From contig JBAXBJ010000006.1 in NCBI GenBank assembly GCA_037142075.1, positions 25,266 to 89,265 of the forward strand: a DNA stretch of 64,000 nt. Reading direction: 5' to 3'. The notes beneath the pieces were generated by a model. That model ran no database searches, was not told the origin of the DNA, and saw only the letters and a program-made list of their open reading frames with translations. Below, one piece after another: positions 61,461-64,000 of the stretch. Every line of letters begins with the position of its first letter. The first letter of the stretch is position 1. Source of the DNA: Bacteroidota bacterium. Lineage in GTDB: Bacteria; Bacteroidota; Bacteroidia; Bacteroidales; UBA4417. The position numbers were made by a program, and so were the translations under genes.

Positions 61461-62579
61461 TTATTGAGTTGTAAGGCACTTATCTTGTCCATCAGTTAAC
61501 CATTCTAAAGTAAATTTAACAAAAACATTATCCTTATAATTATCTTTTTCGAATAACAAACCAATATCTCCGTTTGCAAGTATACAAATTGAGGAGTATG
61601 CCGAACTTGCAGCATATATAGTTCTCCCGGCAGACCAAGACTCCCCCTCATCATAACTTATTCTTACAGTCATATTAAACCTGTCATCTTTCATTTTCGC
61701 ATTTGAAAAAATAAGTCTGTTCTTATCAGCACCATCTTTAGTAGATGTATATCTAATAATACCAGCGTTACAGCCTGGATCAATAAGTGAAGAATCAGGC
61801 CTGGATAACCAAGTCTTTCCCTTATCTGTTGATGTATGAATAAACCTCATTCCTTTATCTGTACGGCTATTTATCATCCAGGTGCCATCAACAAGTTCAA
61901 CTATCTTAGATTCATCTCCCGGAACAATTGGTGTGTCATTTAGATACCAAGTTCTACCATGGTCGTCACTGCCAAAAACAAAAAGTCCTTTTTGAAGGTT
62001 TACTATGGTATTTAATATTTGACCTGAGTTGGTTTGGATGCCAGTTCCGGATGTAATAAACTTAAAATTGCGATGCCATTCCGGTTTTGTAATTTGTGAC
62101 GTAATATCTACAGGAGATTACCAGGTTTTCCCATTGTCACTGCTCCTTATAACTTTAAAATAGTAAACATCTTTTTCCAGATTCAGATCCATGAAATTGA
62201 AGAATAGGAAAATTTCTCCAGTGATCCTATCCACTATCATCGAAGGGTCGGATGCTGATTTACCAAAAGGATAATCAACTAACGTTTCTATCTCAGACCA
62301 GGAATTACCATTGTCCGTGCTTCGACGAATAACAATATTTATATCTTTATTCCATTTTAAGTCTCCACATGATGGCACTCTCTCATCTATTGCAGCAATT
62401 AAATCACCGTTTGGAGCTTTAACAATAGCAGGTATTCTATAACAAGATATGCTATCTCGTATTTTATTATTGAATAAACTCTTGAATTCTAATGAATCAT
62501 GATCGTTCTTGATAACCTCGCTCTGTGAATAGCTGTTAAAAAAGATTGATACAAAAAATATTAATAATAGGTTTTTCAT
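61461..62579 (-). pseudogene. GH33 sialidase (BNR/Asp-box exo-alpha-sialidase) interrupted by a single in-frame TAA at 62118-62120
   Basis: Signal peptide MKNLLLIFFVSIFFNSYSQ and the YRIP motif (CYRIPAIV). Asp boxes are STDNGNSW, SSDNGKTW, GSDDHGRTW, STDKGKTW and SYDEGESW. My translation reads ...SSDNGKTW-stop-SPVDITSQITKPEWHRNFKF...VDGTWMINSRTDKG in one continuous frame. The two listed ORFs are therefore halves of one gene. Confidence 0.8.
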
Positions 62580-62864
62580 TCTTGTAAGTGGTTTTTCATA
62601 ATGCATGGTAACAGCTGACGCTATGTCAAGTGCGGGATTAAATTGTTGTTCAACTGTCTGCCAGCACAAATATATATAAAGATTTCAAATGTTTCAACGA
62701 ACGCGTGTACCCGCATTTGCTACAGTGTTTGTTGAACTAAATCCCTGCGGAATAACTCTTTCTAAATTCATATCGGTCGGCTGACCCAAGCTTTTGTTAC
62801 TTTTGCGCATTGTAAATATATGTGTTTAATTCTACATTACTAAAATAAACCTGACAAACATTTT

Positions 62865-63019
62865 GAACCACATAGTCACAGTAGAGCACATAGATATAGA
62901 TAAGGACATAATAGAGTTCAGGATAATATAAAATTTTCAAAATAAGGTAACTGCCAGTAGAATTAACAGCTTACCTATGTGGTTTTCTAATGTGTCCGAT
63001 TGTGACTATTGTGGTTTTC
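62865..63019. repeat. Imperfect ~31-nt inverted repeat with nested stem (AACCACA(A)TAG words x3) in the sialidase-mntH intergenic region
   Basis: Arm 1 is gaaccacatagtcacagtagagcacatagat (62865-62895). The reverse complement of 62974-63019 contains aaaccacaatagtcacaatcggacacattaga, about 24/31 matches by eye. An inner aggtaa...ttacct pair lies in the loop. Confidence 0.55.
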
Positions 63020-63249
63020 TTTTAATCTGGCAAAGTAGAATTAATTTAAAGTAAATCATCAAACGGGCTTTTTATATTTTGCAACTTTTTGTGATTACAT
63101 GCGTGTATATTTCAGTGGCTTTTCAGCTTTCATGCCCCAATAAAACTTCTATATTCCATTAATCGGTTGTGGTTTCCACTCATAAGGGGCATCTATCGTG
63201 TGATTAATGCGATAAATCCCTAACTTTGCGCAACACAAGCAGCCTGAAC

Positions 63250-64000
63250 GTGAAATTTTCTCCCCTCGGTATTATAAAAGATCTTCGTCGCCGCGACCAT
63301 AAACCGGCGCTGGGAGGGCTCGAAATTTTCAAATATATAGGTCCCGGGTTACTGGTTACCGTTGGCTTTATCGATCCGGGCAACTGGGCATCGAACCTGG
63401 CTGCCGGTGCCGATTACGGGTACGAGCTCCTGTGGATGGTTACCCTTTCGACCATCATGCTTATTGTGCTTCAGCACAATGTGGCACATCTCGGTATCGC
63501 AACGGGTCTGTGTTTATCCGAAGCTACTACCATGCATACCCCGCGATGGGTGTCGCGATCGGTATTATCGTCGGCTATAGTTGCTTCGGTATCAACCTCC
63601 CTGGCCGAATTACTGGGCGGGGCGATAGCACTGCATATGCTTTTCGCGATACCCATCCGGATAGGTGCCATAATCACACTCATCACCATAGTTATCCTTT
63701 TATTTTCTAACTCATACCGCAAACTCGAAAAATGGATCATCGGCTTTGTGAGTCTCATAGGACTTTCGTTTATTTACGAACTGACGCTTGCCGATATTGC
63801 CTGGAGCGAAGCCGTGATAGGATGGATAAAACCTTCATTTCCTGACGGATCCATGATAGTTATCATGAGTGTACTGGGCGCGGTGGTAATGCCTCACAAC
63901 CTTTTTCTGCACTCCGAAATCATACAGAGCCGGCAATGGAACCTTACCGATGAGAAAATCAAAAACAAGCAACTGAGGTACGAATTCCTCGACACACTTT
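63250..64000 (+). CDS. mntH: Nramp-family divalent metal (Mn2+/Fe2+) transporter, N-terminal part (runs off the right edge)
   Basis: Own translation from GTG at 63250 gives (M)KFSPLGIIKDLRRRDHKPALGGLEIFKYIGPGLLVTVGFIDPGNWASNLAAGADYGYELLWMV...VMPHNLFLHSEIIQSR. The DPGN and MPHNLFLHS Nramp signatures are present and the frame is open to 64000. The three listed ORFs in 63362-63758 are off-frame shadows. Confidence 0.85.
   Translation, partial: MKFSPLGIIKDLRRRDHKPALGGLEIFKYIGPGLLVTVGFIDPGNWASNLAAGADYGYELLWMVTLSTIMLIVLQHNVAHLGIATGLCLSEATTMHTPRWVSRSVLSSAIVASVSTSLAELLGGAIALHMLFAIPIRIGAIITLITIVILLFSNSYRKLEKWIIGFVSLIGLSFIYELTLADIAWSEAVIGWIKPSFPDGSMIVIMSVLGAVVMPHNLFLHSEIIQSRQWNLTDEKIKNKQLRYEFLDTL

Noticed and set aside
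61461-62669. Two separate small BNR-repeat genes (183 aa and 138 aa)
   Set aside because: My translation of the stretch between them is in the same frame and continues the sialidase sequence. The split is caused by a single TAA, and the second M is an internal Met. I called it one pseudogene.
63060-63249. Mn-sensing (yybP-ykoY) riboswitch upstream of mntH
   Set aside because: I could not recognise the conserved core of that riboswitch by eye. An Rfam scan is needed before any call.
63362-63758. Three listed ORFs (72, 92 and 95 aa) at the right end
   Set aside because: All overlap the open Nramp/MntH frame starting at 63250, which carries the DPGN and MPHNLFLHS signatures. They are off-frame or antisense shadows.

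Overview
Chromosomal window from a Bacteroidota genome. Evidence for that: a SusC/SusD PUL, a T9SS C-terminal sorting domain, many Cys-lipobox lipoproteins and TAnnTTTG-type -7 boxes. I saw no rRNA, tRNA, CRISPR array, transposase or integrase.

Gene order, left to right:
- nuoH(partial)-G-F-E-D-C-B-A on the minus strand (complex I with the E/F/G module), then sppA.
- A beta-propeller sensor kinase with a NarL/LuxR response regulator.
- A YWKNG-repeat lipoprotein and a HEPN/MNT pair.
- Two secreted beta-propeller proteins and a start-less propeller fragment.
- A ~31 kb sulfur-respiration region bracketed by two paralogous Crp/Fnr regulators. Its left part holds OsmC, two rhodanese-like proteins ending in GGGC, a split YeeE/YedE and a PsrCBA-type molybdoenzyme. 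Its right part holds a Rieske protein, a cytochrome b fused to a 12-haem cytochrome c, a tandem rhodanese, a porin and a double-rhodanese lipoprotein.
- A complete BT1754-type fructan PUL splits that region: HTCS, 2x GH32, surface lipoprotein, SusD, SusC, fructokinase, MFS porter.
- The right end carries a TonB-dependent receptor operon with two DUF4249-like lipoproteins, an aldehyde:ferredoxin oxidoreductase, a RelE/ParE pair, a sialidase broken by one in-frame TAA, and the start of mntH.

Best candidates for something undescribed:
1. The Rieske + cytochrome b/dodecahaem fusion sitting among periplasmic sulfurtransferases.
2. The two pseudo-rhodanese proteins with SoxY-like C-terminal GGGC arms next to Psr and split YeeE/YedE.
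3. A three-site 7-2-7 palindrome set that looks like the regulon of the local NarL-type two-component system.
4. A dispersed family of period-7, sense-strand purine-rich mosaic repeats filling intercistronic spacers.

All functional calls rest on motif recognition in the supplied translations and my own reading of the DNA. No database search or computation was possible.
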